Positions 62,501-64,000 of a stretch of 64,000 bases of DNA are shown one piece after another. The stretch covers positions 806,001 to 870,000 of the forward strand of contig MU008166.1 in NCBI GenBank assembly GCA_010909165.1. The letters run 5' to 3'. The notes under the pieces are model-generated. The model had not been told where the DNA came from and made no database searches. It saw nothing but the letters and a program-made list of their open reading frames with translations. The DNA is from Anthoceros angustus. Lineage: Eukaryota > Plantae > Anthocerotophyta. Both the position numbers and the translations under genes were made by a program. Position 1 is the first letter of the stretch, and each line of letters begins with the position of its first letter.

Positions 62501-64000
62501 AAGCTGATACTCAAAGAGGCATTGCACTCACATTTTATTCCATTTATGGAAAAGGAGATGAGGATGGTTCTGGCTGCCCGTGCAAAGCAGTGGGTGGCAA
62601 TGCAATGTGGCTTGGAACTGTGGAAGAAGGTATCTGTTGCTCCGTATCTCCGAGCCAAGATGGAATCTGAGGATCATTTAGAGGTTGAAGGTGCGCCTGT
62701 CTTGGCCTGCTGTTGGGGTCCGGGGAACCCCCCTACCACGTTTGTGATGCTGGACATGGCTGGCGAGATGATAGATAGGATTGAGACTGCACATATGCAT
62801 GTAAGGTCACAAACTGCCCCTTCTGACCTACAAAAGAAGAAGGCTAGGAACCAACGAGACCTGCTGGAGTGCATGAAAGTTCATAAGCCACACGTGCTTG
62901 TTGTTGGAGCAGCAAAACTTTGTTGCCGGAATTTGAAGGAGGAGATAGTGTCCGAGGTATCTCAAGTCTTCCTCGTCTCTACTTTCTTGCCTCTACACTT
63001 CTTGTGTGACTGGGATTTTGAAAGCTCCTTGTTATCTTTGGCAGGTGATCTTCAAGATACTGGAAGAGTATCCACGAGAGCTGCCAGAAGGGCTGGAGAT
63101 CATTGACCATGTTTTTGCTGATGAAGCTTTACCATCTCTATTTGAAAATTCTCGAGTTTCTGAGGAGCAGATACCAGGGCAGCCAGGTTCGTGTACATCA
63201 CTGCAGGCAGTGGGTCGGCATAGTTGCGGTCGCCTTGGCTCAAATGCTAACCTGCTGTGGACTTCGTGTATTGTTGTTTCTCTTTGCCCACAGGCATAGT
63301 AAGGCGTGCAGTCGCTCTAGGACGATACTTACAGAATCCTCTGGCTATGGTGGCTTCCTTGTGTGGTCCGCGCAAGGAGATATTGTCTCTTAGGTTCCAT
63401 CCTTTTCAGGAGTACCTCTCTAATGATGAGGTCTATGAGGCATTAGAGGAGGTCATGATAACAGTCACAAATCAAGTTGGTGTGGATATCAATATGGCAT
63501 CGTCTCATGAATGGCTCTTTGCACCTCTACAATTTGTCTCTGGCCTTGGACCACGTAAAGCAGCATATATCCAACGTTGCTTCCGTGGTCAACGACTAAA
63601 TACAAGAAAGGAGATGATTGCATCCTACAACCTTGTCGGCAGAAATGTCTTCATTAATGCTGCTGGCTTCATCCGTGTCCGTGGAGTTGGCCTTGGAGCT
63701 TCAGGTAGCCAAATTATGGATGTGCTTGATGATACTCGAATTCATCCTGAGTCCTATGATCTTGCAAAGAGGTTGGCAGAATTTGCCTGTGCTGAGGATT
63801 ATGGGAATGACAGGGATGACGAGGAAGATTTGACAGCAGAAATGGCCATAGAGCGTGTGAAAGAGAATACAAGTTTACTTACAAAGTTGGACGTGGAGAA
63901 GTTTGTGTCAACCTTGCAAGATAAGGGTGACAAGGGTCCTGGGAAAAAGCAAGAGACTGTGCAACTGATCATCGCAGAGCTGCTTGAAGGCTATCGGGAA
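59544..64000 (+). CDS. SPT6: Transcription elongation factor SPT6, 5' part, multi-exon; continues beyond the window
   Basis: Acidic N-terminus, EDYDLLEEAN, KKFKRLKK, FEPSLLAERYMTEKDDVIRETDIAERIQ, PFIAMYR, LQFVSGLGPRKA and LDDTRIHPESYDLAK. Confidence 0.97.

Overview
Eukaryotic land-plant genomic DNA with short GT-AG introns; a non-seed plant is likely, but that is inference. No prokaryotic operons, rRNA, tRNA or CRISPR arrays were seen. The left half (1-33 kb) is an accessory, TE-rich region. It holds a gypsy 3' end, a putative lipid-anchored GH18-like/ankyrin gene, and a complete 6.96-kb CACTA element (15-bp TIRs, CTA TSD) that splits an F-box gene in frame. It also holds a dirigent gene and an aspartic-protease cluster: one intact 4-exon gene plus several broken copies interleaved with pseudogene fragments of a UPF1/SEN1-like helicase, YKT6 (scrambled domain order) and HRQ1. 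The right half is mostly housekeeping: RPS28, CYP727-like P450, UPF0301/DUF179, an unknown MGCK- protein, importin alpha-9-like, MKP1 and SPT6 (runs off the window). It also carries copia and CRE-like retroelement remnants and a short, highly palindromic insert at the copia RT active site. All assignments come from manual motif recognition; no database search was run.
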